A stretch of 62,416 nucleotides of DNA, the filler included, from Platydemus manokwari (taxonomy: Eukaryota): the NCBI GenBank assembly GCA_037951405.1. It is 5 parts of 5 records of this genome, joined end to end, with 100 filler letters (N's around TTAATTAATTAA, not from the genome) between each part and the next. Parts side by side here need not be neighbours in the genome. Positions count along the whole stretch, not along the records: positions 36,090 to 47,713 come from JBBMOY010486664.1; positions 47,814 to 62,416 come from JBBMOY011430310.1; 3 more parts are not named here. One strand, 5' to 3'. Positions 41,071 to 56,289 of this stretch are shown here, one piece after another. The translations under genes were made by a program, and so were the position numbers. Under the pieces are notes generated by a model. It ran no database searches, was not told the origin of the DNA, and saw nothing but the letters and a program-made list of their open reading frames with translations. Position 1 is the first letter of the stretch, and each line of letters begins with the position of its first letter.

Positions 41071-44000
41071 CAATCAATGAGATAACTGCCTATTGAAAAA
41101 CATTTGTATAATTAGGAAAAAATTTGATCTTTTCTATTTTCTACAGACAAGCCTTTTTGACTGTATTTGTATCTATCCTATAACATCGTAACTATTACGG
41201 TATTGGGACACAATTCCGGATTTCTAAAAGTCACGACATGTACTATTTAGTGTGAGCGTCTTGCATGTAAATTTCAGCAATACCATGTTTAGATTACGTT
41301 CAGTCAAGAGAAATTTTGTTTTCAATTTATTAAATAATATGATTCTCCTGTGTATCTTTGTCATATCATTTATTGATTACCCATTGTTTTTCTTGTATTG
41401 ATATTTAAAAAATTATTTTTATTTTATATCTAATAATCAATAATAACCTATCAACTATTTGGAATCAGGCACTTAACGATTACATTTTAAAAAACTTATT
41501 GAAAAATGTTATTAATCAACTGTCAGACTCTATTTGGAGAGCATGTGATTGTCATTATAATTGCTTTGACCAGGTTACAATATATTCCGATGACGTATCT
41601 GTTTGCATATTGAGATACGCATAATGCGTTCTACCGACTTAAGTTTATCCGACAAAGGCAGAATTGTTAAAAACTCTAAAATATAGTGAATATTGCCAGT
41701 CTCGTTGTTAACGTTTAAGCAGAAATTTCACAAAAAATTCTTATGGCGTTCATTATATTATAATTTAATAGTAAGCTTTATACCGAAACATTAGATGATA
41801 AATAATACTAACAGGAAGCAGGAAGTTACTTTAATTAACTTTATATTGACTTATTTTGTTTGATCTGATCTTTGATTCGTAATGAGAATTATTATTCTAA
41901 TCTAGAACAAAGACAATGTTTTATTAAACTGACGACTATTGTTGTGTCGTAAGAGAATCAATTTTAAAGACAGACTGATAACATCGTGTCCTCGAATTTG
42001 AAATTTGAGATGGACATTATAATGTCATTGACCATAAAAACAGATAACAATATTAACATGAAATTAGTTTGTAATAATTTTAATTTTTTTTCAATGTCAG
42101 AAAAAAATTCTCTCTCATTTTGACAAATATATCGTTGTTCATCGTTGAAAATGAATCCATCCATTTTTCCTTCAACCAAAATTGGCACCACCATATTTTC
42201 AGATTACTCAAATTGCAATAACGGATTAGTTATTCTCATCTGGCACCATAATATGAGTTTTTCGGAATTATAAATAATTATTTCATGGATTAGCTTTTCT
42301 TTTAATTGTAATTTTTTTGAAAATTGTTAAATTTAAACAATTAATAAAACAGTATTGATTATTTGAAAGGTATAGCATTGATGGTGTTAAATACAATTGA
42401 GTCCAAAATTTTCAAAAACTATTGAACAGATTAAGATTTATTTTGAAATAATTTTAGGCTTTTTAATTTAAATAAGACTCTCGTGATGAATTTAACAGTT
42501 TGAAACACATCTCAACTTTAACTTCAACTCAGTATGTTATCCTGTGGTCACAACAGTAACTTTTATTTATTTGGCTTTCTGGAGTCCAAACTCTTTCACC
42601 ACTAAGTGAATTGATATTGCACACAAAATAAATTTTGCAGTCATTTTTTAGTTATCTTAATTATTTGATTAGTATTTTCAATAGTTGTAATATTGACGTG
42701 GATCATAGTTAAAATTTTTAAATTTCAATTTCAAAAATTATATTTCGAGTATAAAATATTATATAAACAAACGAAAGATTATCTTTTATTAAAGCTAATT
42801 ATATAGAAAGCAAATGTTATTAAATATTTATTTTACATTTTATAAATCTTTGGAAAACATTTGATAAAGTTTATAAGATAAATGTTTTTCTAGTTCAGCT
42901 TTTAGTGGCATTAGGAAAAAGAATCAAATAAAAAATTAAAATTAAATTAATCAAATAATTGGTGATAAAAATAGAAATAAGAAATTGGAAATACAAGCCT
43001 GAAAGTTACTATTTTATTTTAATTAATTAAATACTGTTTTAAAACATTATTTATTCAATTTTAATATAAAACTATTTTATAGCGAAAATAAATTAAACGA
43101 TTTCTAATTTATGATTTTGTATTTATCAGAGGTTTAACTTCGACCATGTTTTGATTAAAATCTTTATTTTACAGCAATTTTTTTAAAATTCGAACATTTT
43201 ATCTGAAATATTTTAATTAAATCCTCTATTAGAACAAATTCACCAATAATATGTTCCGATTGTATTAAGATTATTTTTAAAGGTTAATATTTAATGATTA
43301 AATCGACAATAATAGAGTCTTATAAAATAATTTGTAAATATATCATAATTTTGAAAACATGTGTTCGAAATTTTAGACTTTGATGTTTCAATGTTTTGTT
43401 GCTTCTGAATTCAAGTTCATTTTGAGCCGCCATTGTGAAGGTCTTCTCTTAGTTGAATCATAAACAAGCAATAAAATTATATTGAACATAATTTCCATAG
43501 CAATTGAGAACTTTCTAAAATTTTTATTGAAAAATAAAATCTCTAATATATCATTTGCACCGAAATTTGAACATTAATATGTCATTTGATTTTCCCTTTG
43601 ATTTACCGAGAGGTGAATAACATTCTAGTCATACTCAAGTCGACAGTATAATTCATTCTCTTCAATTAAAGGAAGGAAACGTTTATTATTTTTCTTAATA
43701 ATCCAAGAAATGTTAATCAAATTATTTCTGAACAATGATTTAACTGAACGCTTTTTCATTTATTCTCTAATTGTAATGTCAGCTACTGCTGCGATGTGAT
43801 CCTTTGCTTTGAGAACTACAAACGGGTTTATTTTTCTGGTTTATAATTGTTTTCAAATTTTGGAAAAAATATATAAAATTTCTTGAAAATAATAGTCAAA
43901 CAGTTACAACAGAGTTATGAATATTGAGCATTAGATTATCAACGTGATAGTAATGTAAGTTTTGATGACGTGCTTGAGAATCGTATTTCTTATATACAAG

Positions 44001-47000
44001 ATTGTTTCGCTGTTGTCAGGCTACACAATATACGGTTAAAAAATTATCTTGTCTTCCAATTTGTATTATAAAATCTATAGCTATAATTTCTAGGTCGAGT
44101 AAAAATAGCATAAGAATTTAATGAAGTAAAAACGTGAACTTATTTTCGATATTTTTATTCCATGTGAAAGTTTTGTGAAGACATCATTAATAAAAGTGTG
44201 ATTTTTATTAGCAATTCAGTATTTATTTGAATTATCCGGAAGAAATAATGAAATAACAGTAGATTAGAACAATATCTAATTTTCTCAATATTCATCGTTT
44301 TAAAACGTGTTAAGTTTTTCGGTCATAACTATATAATTTTTACTAGATATTTTTTCTCAGAAAGTTTTATAAGTATTGTCGAGTAGCTAATGTCATTCTA
44401 AAACAATTATTTATAATAGCAATGATTTATGTTAGAAAAATCATTAATAATCTAAATATAGATTAAATAAAACCTTAAAATAGATACAATAAATTATTAA
44501 ATCTGAAAATGGAAACGAATAATTAATAAACCTAAATATAGTATTTAAAAATACAAAAAATAGATTTTAAAAAATAGGAAATAGAAAAAGCCAAGATTCA
44601 AAAAATAATATGAATAGAAAAAATAAATTATTAAAATTCACATTAATATTATTCAAGATGAAACTCATTGAAACGTTTACAATTTAAAAGTGATGGTGTT
44701 GGGTTATCAATCAACAATTTCAATCTGAAAATTGTATTAACTAAAATATCGCAATTGAAGTCTAAACAATAATAACAACTCTTTTCACAATTCGCAAAGT
44801 ATGTCACTCAAGGCGGGATCAGCGTTTGAAAGTCAAAAATATAATGGAAAGTCATCGAAAATATTGATTACTAAAAATCTCTCAAAGATAAGCTAAGCAC
44901 TTAAGTTATTGACCTAAAATGACTGGCAAATATCCATGGAACTCAACCTCTTTTACAGACCTATCCGGCGTGTCTGCTTGATGACCAGAATCTTCGTTTT
45001 CCATTTGCTGAATTTGTTCGCAGATTGATTTACTTGATATTTTCCTTGCATCTCTCGCGTCATTGGCGGTTATTTGAGCTTGCTGCTGTTTGTAGGTATG
45101 CGCCTGTCGATTCTTAGCTTCTAAACATAAATTAACATTAGAACGAACCCGATTGGTTAACGGCACATGTGTTTACACACCCTCAAATACACAAAATATT
45201 ACTTAATCATATTATTGATGACAAAATTTATAAAACTCAATCCATTGAATATCTCGATGTTAAAATAGTTTGACTTGGATCAGTTAGAATTAGCAACTCA
45301 ATCACGATTACTGACAAGCTTGAACAGATAGGATATTCGTTTAAATTTTAACCAATAACAACTTACAGAAATATGATAATTCATAATAAAATGAACTTCA
45401 ACAATTCTTTAATTATTACCTTTTATCATTTAAAACTGGATTTGTTGGGTTCCGAAAGAATCGAAGGCTGGAGTTTGTATTTCACGAACACGTACTAATC
45501 AGTACAATACAACGCCTTTAAAATTTGACAAAACATTTCATTAAACAATCTAAAGCTTGACTTTCGACTGGCAGTCATGTTATCACATGTACCAACGAAA
45601 TGAAAAAAAAATTTCAACCAATTAAAATTCATCAACTTTCAATAATAATATAACAATGAAAATAATGTTGAATGCCCACAGAATTTGTAATATAATAAAA
45701 AATGTTTAAATAAAACAAATAATTAAATAATAAATAGTAATAATAAATAATGAGTGCATAAGTACAGATAATCATGGCAATTCATAAATCGCTATGACAA
45801 CTGGGTAAAGAAAATAAATAGACAGGAGTGGCCAATAAGAGGCGAAAATAAACAGAAAACAACATAAAATCAGAATAAAAAAGCAGAGCGAAATATACAA
45901 AAATCGCACAAAAATTTTTGTCCAAAAATTCCTGGAATTAACTTGAAGGAGCTTTGAGCAATTTTTTATTTTATTATATTAATGTGTTTCGGCAGAGTTG
46001 GGCGGCAATAGTTCAAAAAAATTGGTTTTTCACTATCTTCAGGGTAAACCAACATTAACATAAAATATATTTTAAAATTTAATAGAAAAACTTTTGTCAA
46101 TAAACAAGTTCTAACAAAGATTCTATTACTTAAAACTCACTAATCAGGTCATAATTCATTCTATGAATATCATTTTAAATTCAGCCTTCAATTCCCAACA
46201 GAGACTGGGATATATTGATATTAGATAATAATGCACTAAGGTTATTTTTAAGTGACCATTGAGGTTTTATTATTATTATCACAACTTCGTTTAAAAGTGG
46301 CTTCCATTATGATACGGTGACCAGGCTAAACAAAAGCAATAATGTGTACGAAATGAAAATGTCACCAGTAGCATCGGTTATTTTTGATATTTGCTTCAGT
46401 TATAATTGTAACAATAGCCAATAGAATATTTATTATCGATTAAAGAAAATCTAGCAAAACAAGAATTTAATATCTTAGTTGAAAATCAATGTTTATTTAT
46501 TCACTCTTGATATGATAAAGTATGAAATCCAACACTTTTATAGGCTTATCGTGTGTGTTCGCTTGATGTCGCTGGGCTTCACTTTTCATTCGATAGATAC
46601 TGTCAAATGTCAGTATATTCTCAAATTTTTTTGATTTCTCATCTTATTGGCAAATCTCGATTTATGTTGCATGTTGTTTGGAGTGGGTCAGTTGATTATT
46701 GAATTCTAAATATGCATTGATATATAGGAAAACTCTAGTTGGATATAAGCACATGCATTTGTTGAATTTGTTCCTATCGACCCTTTTGGGTTGTATTCGT
46801 GAATATTTTACTTGTTTTTTGACCTACCCAACAATTTATCCATTTAATATTTTCCTTTCTCTGATTTTACATTTTACATAAGCTTAAAAGATATTAGTAA
46901 TTGTTTATGAAGATACTTATTCATCATGCAAGTTGTTTACGTCAATCAATTTTTTCTTTAATTTTTGCATTATTTTTGTTACATTTCCACAGTAACCAAC

Positions 47001-47713
47001 TTACGAAAATATCGTGATTTTCTTTAAAGGTTATTGGTCAGTTTTGAAATGGCCAAGACCATTGTTTTTCTTGAGAATTTATAATAATTCTCGAATCCTA
47101 TCTATTGTGCGAACAAAAACTTATTTTTCCAAAAATGACTTAAAACAATTCATATTTTATTTTGTGCTTTTATTTATTTATGTATATATTTTTCGTTTTT
47201 ATAAGTATTCCTATTCCTGATAACCAGAATTTATTAGAATTTGTAAATTAATTATTTTTTGCCTTCGTCATCAGTCAGTATTTTATTTTCTCAAAACAGA
47301 CTTTGAAAGGAATTTTTCACGCGTTTAAAGATTTAGAAAATTTTCAGTTGTATTTCATCATTATTGTTGCGAGTCCTCCATCTATTTACTTTCACAAAGA
47401 AAATAGATTTCTTTGGATAAATATATTTCAGAACAGCATTTAAATATTTATATTTAACGCGATAATGTTATGTTTTCGTTAGTTGAGAGATAGATTATGA
47501 GCTCAAAATATCAATGTATAATTTGTAAAAATGTATAATTAATTAAATATTTCAATCCATTATCTATAAGTTAAAAGTATAAAAATATCATTTATAAAAT
47601 ATCCTTATAAAGCATAGAAATTTATTTATTGATCTGACTCCAATAGTTGTATTCAATGAAACTTATGGCAATTTATAAAGGAATAACTAAATGATAAATA
47701 AATAAAAAAGACA

Positions 47714-47813
47714 NNNNNNNNNNNNNNNNNNNNNNNNNNNNNNNNNNNNNNNNNNNNTTAATTAATTAANNNNNNNNNNNNNNNNNNNNNNNNNNNNNNN
47801 NNNNNNNNNNNNN
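47714..47813. other. Assembly gap with linker
   Basis: N44-TTAATTAATTAA-N44. Confidence 0.97.
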
Positions 47814-48129
47814 AGTTTAAAAGAATATTTTTTTGTATTGAGTGAAATTTTTAAAAAAAGAAGGAATATTTGTTTAAATAATATTTAATACGAAAATATA
47901 TTTTTGTATACTTAATTATGAGTTGTGAATATAATTTAAAAAGCGATGAAGTGTTAGCCACTAACAATTATTGTTAGTATTATTGTCCTGATTATTGTCT
48001 TTTTCATCTTCCTTAGTCACTCTATGACTCGATTTTGGCAGTGGGCTTAATCACTCGGCCAATGTAACAACATCCACTGCAAGGAAACGCATCCCACAGT
48101 GCGCATTTGTGGGGAGACCCATCCCACAA

Positions 48130-49020
48130 GTTACTTCAAGTCGACGCGCCTTTAATACCAAATCTTCTAACGTTAAACATTCCGCTATTGCAAGCGTACT
48201 CTTAGTTGAGCTATTTATATCTCATTTAAATTGATTCATTATTATTCTTTTTCCGTCCTTAGTAATTAATGTATCATCGTCTACTTTCTCAGCCAACTTG
48301 GTTAGTGCCATTGCATATTCCTGCGCCCCTTCACCTGAGTTCTAGTATCCAACTAAAAACAACCTAACGTAATATTCACAAAGATCGAAATCTAATACTA
48401 TACACTTTCTTAATGCTTTAATTATGTGCGTGAAGGTTACTCCTTCTTCTCGTAAGCTATTATACCTTTGCATCATTTGTTGATGTTCTTTTAGGGCATG
48501 TCCATTTAAATATAACCGAAACCGCATTTTATTTTTATTATTATTATTATTATTATTTTATCCTATCCGTGAGCTGTCGCAATGCGTTCAAACTCATCAA
48601 AAAAATCGACAAAAACAACTCTTCCCCACGCTCAAATGGGGTTATAGGCAAATGTATTAATTTTAGGAACTCATTGTTCGCCATATTATTATTATTATTA
48701 TTATTATAATTATTATTATTATTATTAATATTATCTTCGATATTCATGATTTCATTTTGCTTATCTAATCCCTTATTTTCTATGTCGCTGCCAATCGTGG
48801 TTTTTTCTAAATTTGGAATACTATCTTCTGATCGTATCGTTTGTTCGTTTGTTTCACTATCTATTTGTGTTTCGGTTTCATCAAAACTAGTTGTCGATTC
48901 ACTGCTTATATTTACTCTTGGTAAAGACTGGCTTCTTTATAAACTTCTTGTTATTATCTTTCTTGATACTCGCGCACTATTAATTATTTCTGCCTTTTTA
49001 TTTAAGGTTAACCTTTTTCT
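48130..49020 (-). mobile_element. Decayed Gypsy gag (capsid) with poly-Asn (AAT)n expansions
   Basis: FERIATAHG...RLYLNGHAL...GEGAQEYAMALTKLAEK...NQF...TLEDLVLKARRLE pattern. Confidence 0.6.
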
Positions 49021-49202
49021 AAACAGTTTGATTCATACTTTCAATACAAATAGCAAAAATATAGTGTATTATGTAATGCTATTAAAATATCAAATATTGA
49101 AGTTCAAATAATATTATAGTACAGTCAAGTTAATAAAAATTAATAATAGAATAAATAAATTACTTAGATTTAAACAACAATTGCATTGTCTCTGAAAATC
49201 AT

Positions 49203-49600
49203 TTGAAGAAGTGTGTCGATATACACGAAAGCTTCGAATATAAAATTTCACGTGGTTTTGGTAACATTTTATTGGATGAAGATTCAACAAATACATCAAA
49301 GTCAAATTCAGATACATCACTTTATATATCTATTAATTACAAAGATTTTAATCAAAATATAAATTCTGTTTCAGTGGTTCAATTGTCGACACCTACTATA
49401 TATAATAGACGATCACAAACACCCATTAAAGAGAATAAAATCATTCGTAAAACTTTAAACGAAGAAAAAAAGAACCACAAAGTTATAATTCGAAAACCAA
49501 ATATAGAAAGAAATTTCCTTTGCTAATTTTGTCCTGCTAAATTTTCAAGGCGTGATGAATTAAAACGACATGAAAAAATACAAAGTGGTGAAAATATTAA
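49203..49600 (+). pseudogene. EGR/KLF-type C2H2 zinc-finger gene fragment
   Basis: ERNFLC*FCPAKFSRRDELKRHEKIQSGE: stop inside CxxC and last His changed to Gln. Confidence 0.6.
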
Positions 49601-49799
49601 TACAATAGTAAATGATTAATAAATAGCAATGAATAATTGCGTTTCTTCATCTTTAAAGAAATATTTGCGGTACCACTTTTTAGGGGCTTCAGTGACGGAT
49701 ATGATGACCACGTTATCGGAAAACAATCACTATTGTTATCTAAAGGTTTTAATAAAGCTAAGATGATGAATACCTTAACCGAGTTAAATTTAATAGTGA

Positions 49800-50065
49800 T
49801 GAAAACTGGTTGATTATGCTGAAGTTTACGCATTAAATGCAGCTCCGTTATTCACAATGATGACCGGAAGTGACTAGAAATTGGTGTGGAGAACAGAGTG
49901 TGAAGAAAGTATTGGAAACACAAAGGAACTACAATTTGGGTCTTTCCGGATCCAAATAAAGAGATGATTTTAGCGAACGAAGCTAGTTTCGGTGCTATTG
50001 GGGAGTTTTAAGCCAGTTGGATTACAGTAGAAAAGAGAGAGTAGTAGCCTATTGTTGGGAAGACA
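49800..50065 (+). mobile_element. Gypsy RT/RNase H junction fragment
   Basis: AAPLFTMMTGSD.KLVW...FPDPNKEMIL..EASFGAIG; homologous to 28030-28180 and 58510-58700. Confidence 0.7.
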
Positions 50066-51339
50066 ATATGGAACGTCTGGTGCTCTACTCAGACAGTGAT
50101 CCCATACTCCATCAAATCATACAATGAATGGAGAAAAGAGCTACTCCAAAAACCACAACTGCCACAACCACCACCGAGTAACCACCATGTGTTCAAGAAA
50201 CCAAAAACACCCCACAGACAGAAACCCGAAAGACCCGGTACAACAATAGTAATTAAGCTCATAAAACCAACCCCAAAATGGGAAATATGAGCCACCAGGA
50301 GCGTGGATTTGGACGCCTGATGTCGGCGAGGATTCATCTGCAAACTGCGAATTCAAAGTATCCAGACAATCCAATAATCAATCCAGTTCCTTATAATAAA
50401 TTCAGTTTCCAATAATGAATCTATGATTTGATATTCTGATCTTAATATTGACTTGATATTTTAATGATTTAATTTTTATATTGACTTGATATTTCAATAA
50501 TTTATGAATTCTTGTAATTGTACATAATTAATTTTTTGTAATAATCGTTAATATGTAATTTAGATGAAATGTAAAGAATATGGAAAATGTAAATTAGTAT
50601 ATATTATTTATAAATTAGAGAGTGAAAAAGAAACAGAATATTTAATTTTTAATCTCAGTAATTTAATAATATTTGATTTGTAATGTCAATAATTTAATAG
50701 TAAAATTTCTAAGGTTAGATAAATTATTAAGAAAATTTAAAGTGTAGGACTTTTAAGATTATAAACATTAAGGATCCAAAGTAAAAATATTGTTTAAAAT
50801 TTACAAGAGTGATGGAAATTCCTAGGTACAAAGTACCGAATCTCAGCATCTATATAAGCTGTTGGATTTCCATCACAATTCACTCTCATAAAAATTTCGA
50901 TACAGTGATACAACGAATAGTTGAAATCAAACGTTGAGAAAAAATCTCAAAGTAAAGGATCGATAATTTTTCGCATTGACTTTTTAACCTAAACGAGTTA
51001 TAAGTACTCTCTAAAGGATCTCCCTTTATATATATTTATTAAAATTTATATCAAATTCTTAAGGTTTAAGTTTTGGGTTCTCACGGTCTCTGTGAGATAA
51101 CCTTACCAATTTGTTTTGAGATAAGTCTATTAGTGTGAGTTAACCGTTTAAATTGGATTTTGCTGTAAATTTGTTTTTTACAATAAAATTAAGTTTTAAT
51201 AAATTTGAGTGTTGTTTATTTCATAATCTTTTACTGTAAAAGAATAACAAAAGAACTCACGCTGTTGAGTTGGTTAAACAGCAACAAAACATCTATTACA
51301 ACCAAACACTCTGGTTCTAAATATCTTGACAGTCATAAA

Positions 51340-51620
51340 AAAGGTTGGAGAAGAAGTTTTAGTGAAGAACGAACCACACAAAATATAGAAGAACAAAGAT
51401 CGTTATGAAGGTCCTCGTCGAATTTTGAAATTTTTAAGCCCATATCAAGTCCTTCTTGATTTCCAAGAACAGCTAAAATCTCGAAGTGGTTAAAAAGGAT
51501 CTCAGAAACAAACGGAGGGAAGTTAGATAAAAAAATTTGATTTGTTTTAATATTGTAAGAAACGCGTGTAATTTTTAAATAAATAAATAAATATTGATGG
51601 AAACAAATGATGTTTTTACT
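51340..51620 (+). mobile_element. Gypsy integrase tail, PPT and 100-bp 3' LTR (51521-51620)
   Basis: YEGP motif; PPT GGAGGGA; LTR AGTTAGATAAAA...GTTTTTACT. Confidence 0.8.
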
Positions 51621-53949
51621 GATGGTTCACCACAATTTTAATAAAAGTTTTTGACAAAAAATTAATGTAATGATCTTGTTAATTATTTTAACCTGTCGAT
51701 AAATTCTCGTTAAAAAATAACTTCAAATATCTCGTTTAAAAACTTATTTCTCGAATTTAACTGTGTTAAGATCCGAATCCATAATGAGTCACACAATAAC
51801 ATATTACGTCCACAAACATAACCATATAATTAAAAATCCACAAATAAATGAAAATCCTATAAATAGAATTTAATAATTACAAAAATAGAATAGAAACTAA
51901 AAATGGAATTTATTAATTACAAAATAAATCAGAAAACAAAAATAGGATTTTAAAATTCCAGTACTCGAACTAGCAGAGACAGTTAGATACAGCAAGCAGT
52001 ATTAGTCAGCGACAAGACAAGCAAGGAAATCTCCTCTATAATCAACGAGGTACAGCCCGAATTATTGATTGTTATTTTCATATCGCGTCGATAGATTGAA
52101 ATTCTAACTTTATTAATTTTCTTTATAATTTTTGACATTTGAAATTATAAATTGTTTAAACTTTGTTAATTTATTTACTTTATATATATATATATATATA
52201 TAATTTTAATTATTTCTGTTGATTTTTAAAACTCATTGGCAATAACTTCATTTAAAGTTTAACATTTTTAACTTTACCTACTTAAGTCTTTTCTCTTAGT
52301 GGATAATCAACATAAGGAAGAGAGTCAAGTGACAAGATAACGCTAAAATTAGGTACTCTCTAGTAGCAGGGCAAAAATTATTATTAATATACAATTTTCA
52401 CAGATTTATAAACTTTGAATTTAATAAATTAAGTTAGATTATTGTTAATAAATTGTAAATTAATATTTAATTTAAAAGATAATCTGAGATATTTTTACAT
52501 AATTTAAATTTTTTCTAATCTTAATTATAATTTATTTCCGAATTGAAATTGATTTGTTTTAATCTTCATTTTTATAATTTATTTACATATTAATTAAATT
52601 AATTTTGAATTTTAGAAATTATGCTACCGTTGTTTGGCGATCTTCAAAGAAAGTTATATTTGTTACATTATTATTATTATTATTATTATTATCATCAGTT
52701 TTATTCAAAGTTATTATTATCTTCCCTTAACGATGATCGCCTAAATTAAAATCTCGAATGAAATCATGTGTATTTTATGCTTATGAAACATTTGAGATGA
52801 CATTTATATACATTTTTCCAACTGTTTAAGTAGTATATATAAAGATCTAAAATTGTAAACCATTAAGTTATTTATATATAGTAAATTTAGGATTGAAGCT
52901 AAAATTGTGCAACATGATGGATAGTGTCGTGTTCTAAATTTGAATTTTTATTATTTACAATAATTTAAATAAGCACATTTATGGGTCAGTATTTTGAAAG
53001 TATTGATTTTGAAATTATAATTACTAAAAGTTTATTCAATTGTCAAATAGTTCAAACTGGATTACATTATAGTTGATAACAGCGATTTGTAAGTTTCTAG
53101 TTTTACTTATTTCAAAATAACTTCATCTATTTTGAAATTTGATTATTTAATTGCATTTGTAATAAAAATATTAATACGAAATTAATGATTTTTAAATTTA
53201 ATGTAGTATATTATTTAGAATTTATGGACTACGATTTAATTTGACATTATTTTTAAAAAAACGATTTATCGAACAATCAGTATAGATGGATCTTAATTAT
53301 AAATATATTTAAACGAATTATTTTTAGTATTAATTGAACATACTTTTAATACGAATACGAAAGGCTGTCAATATTTCAATTGCATTAAGTATGTTTTGAA
53401 AAAATTTAATTATCAGCGATGTTTTACATACTCAATCAGGAACAATGATTGCTTTTTGATATCTTGTTAGACTGTATATATTCTTTAGTGTCAATAAAAT
53501 GTATTTTGTCTCAATTTAATATTTATATTTATCAAACTTAATGTTTTGTTTACCATTAATAATTTCACATGTTTGTCATCAAAATATTATCATTGCGTTG
53601 ACAAAACGTAACAAAAGACGATAGGAATTGACATATAGGTCAGACTTTGAAGCATTAAGTTCAATTATGTTTTATAATATTCACTCGCTCATTTATATAA
53701 AAGTAATTAAATATATAAAAAAGTAAATCATTATTTTTAAAAATAATATATCCTAGTTTTTAGAAATGAAAAATATTTTTTCATATTGAATTTTTATTAT
53801 AAAAGTGATTCAATAATGTCTACGTTATCAATCATGGTCTTGTTTAATAATTCATAAGCTTTTACATGAATATAATCTAGAAATCCTTATAGTTTTGTAT
53901 TTATTCATATAAGGTTTGGATTAACATTAGTACACTAATATTAACACTG

Positions 53950-54900
53950 AAGTACCTAACATCTAATTCTCAAATATTCCTTATTGTTCCACATGTTCTT
54001 GTAAGATGGTGTTTTTGATAAGTTTACGGCACTTAAGCTGAGAATTGCTTTAATCACTATATAAAGTTCTTCATATTTATTCTGATCTAAAAACTTGTCT
54101 TGTTCTACTCGACATAATGCTTTCTCATCTTTGTTACAATATACTTCGCTTTTATCACATTTCACTGTTATATTTTGTGGATTTTCATGCTTCATGGTGA
54201 ATTGTTCACAAAGAGGAAATCGTGATGCTGTATCTACGTTGATTGTTCTTTTCCTTTTCAATATTCTATTGTCATTTCATAGATTTCCAAGTCTGCTTGC
54301 CGTATAAAACGTTGTGGCGTTTTGGGAGAATCCTAATTCGCCAGCCATTTCAGAGTTACGTGATCAGTTCTGACAATAAACTTCTTACCATGTAGATGAT
54401 GCTTCAATTTTTAACAAAGATATAAATAGCTATCAACTCATTTTTTGTTATACAATATTTACGCCGAGATTTTGTCACTATTCTCGATGAGTAAGCGATC
54501 ACTTCACCGTTTTTTATTTGAGAAAGCCCGACTCCTATGGCACGTAAAGATGCGTCAGTATCAAAAGTGTACTTCCGTTCTTTGCTTGATAAACTTAGAA
54601 TTTGTGATGAAATTATTGACGCTTTCAATTTGTGAAAAGCCGCAGTTGCTAGATTGTTTCACTAAAATTTACCCTCATTCTTCAGCAACTGGTTCTTTTA
54701 TAACCTCCTATATTAACCACATAATCCCAGAAATTTCTGCCATGCCTTGATACATTGAATTTTTGAGAGATTTTTAATTACTTAATTTCTTTTTTTAGAG
54801 GAAACACTTGTTAGGTTTTATTTTAAACACAACCTCATTGATTCGCTTGGAAGCTCTTTCCAACCTTTTGTTGTGTTCTTTGACTGTTCCTTCAAATGTC
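53950..54900 (-). mobile_element. Decayed Gypsy RT/RNase H fragment (different family)
   Basis: TFDTDASLRAIGVGLSQ...IAYSSR...KYCITKNELIAI; NVDTASR. Confidence 0.75.
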
Positions 54901-54901
54901 A

Positions 54902-56255
54902 AGGAAAAACATAAGTTGTTTCCATCAATCTTTTATATTATTTAAAAATCACTCGCGTTTGTTTTTAAAATTAAAACCAATCTCATTTTTATCTAACTTC
55001 CCTCTCCCGTTGTTTATGAGATCCTTTTTAGCCACTCATTTCTTCGAGTTTTAGTCTGTCCCTGAAAATCTAGCTGGTTTTCAGTTTCTTTGATGATCTG
55101 GCCGTGATCAAACATCATTTCAAAAGGAGAATGTTGAATTGAACTTTGATATGTTGCATTAATGATGAATTCTATCTGAGGTATTAATTTATCCCAAGCC
55201 TATTTTTTGATGCCATCGTTGTTACCACAATGTCTCGCACCGTCCTAATTATCCTTTTGGCTAAGCCATTTGCCTGATGTTAGCATGAAGAGATAAATTC
55301 TTTTTAAATTCCAAAACGTATCGCTAATTCTTTCATTTCCCTTCCTTCGAAGACTCTACCCCGATCAGTGAGCATTGATTTTAAGGCACCATACCTATAG
55401 ATCCATTTATCGATGATAGCCTTCGAAATACTTGTTTCGTCTTGCCGAATAGGTGGCAACGAGCTTACTGAATTTATCGACAATAACCGAAAAATATCTG
55501 GTTTTAGTCATAAAGTGCGCATCATCAAGAACGATCTGTTCCAGAGGACCAAACTCTTCCCTGGTAATCATAATCTCTTTAGTGTATACCTTCAGTTTAG
55601 CACAGATATCACAATTCCGCACTTCGTGACATATTTGGCCAGAAGTAAGTTTTTTGAATGTAATCAACCAATTTCTTATTACCAATGTGGCACAACTCCT
55701 CATGAAGGTACTTGGCAAGTTTCTGCGAATAAACCTCTGGCACAACAATTGGTTTCTTTTCATTCTCATTATAAACCACCATATCTTCAAACAATTTATA
55801 CTTCTCTAAACTGTTTAAATATTTGCTTTTCTTGGCCGCTGAATTGTCCTCTGCTTCTGTTTTCCCTAACCATTTTCGAATGGAACCAACGACTGTATCT
55901 TCTTGTTGAATCTTTCTTAGTTCGTCATTATTTGCAATTGAATGCTCGACAACATTAATAAGCCGACTTTTTGGTTTACCTTCTTTAGCCCCTTGATGCT
56001 GATTTAAGCATTGTGAACAAAATGCTTCGCCTATCCTCGAGAGTCCATCTGCATTTCCATGATCTGATCCCTTCCGATATTGAATTTCGAAATCGAATCC
56101 GGATAAGTTTGCAAACCATGTTTGAAACTGAGGGCTCATCGGTTTGTTAGTTTTCTTCATGTATGTCAAGGCTTTGTGATCAGTGGGAGTCACAAATTTC
56201 TTTCTCAACAGATAATGTTTAAAATGCATAGTAAACCAATGGATTGCCAAAAGCC
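54902..56255 (-). mobile_element. Gypsy RNase H end, integrase, PPT and 97-bp 3' LTR (54998-54902)
   Basis: HFKHYL..TDHKAL..GNADGLSR; HHCC (HEELCHIG...CDIC); IVDKFSK; TDRG..F; PPT GGGAGAGGGA. Confidence 0.88.
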
Positions 56256-56289
56256 CTATCCTCGTGCCTCAATAACTTTTTTCATGATT

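Noticed and set aside
41570-41640. Kinase-like KQIRHRNIL on the minus strand
   Set aside because: No other kinase subdomains nearby.
18397-52100. Candidate solo LTRs (18397-18927, ~24930-25350, ~50400-51230, ~51765-52100)
   Set aside because: LTR-like composition, but no second copy, clear TSD or PBS/PPT to support boundaries.
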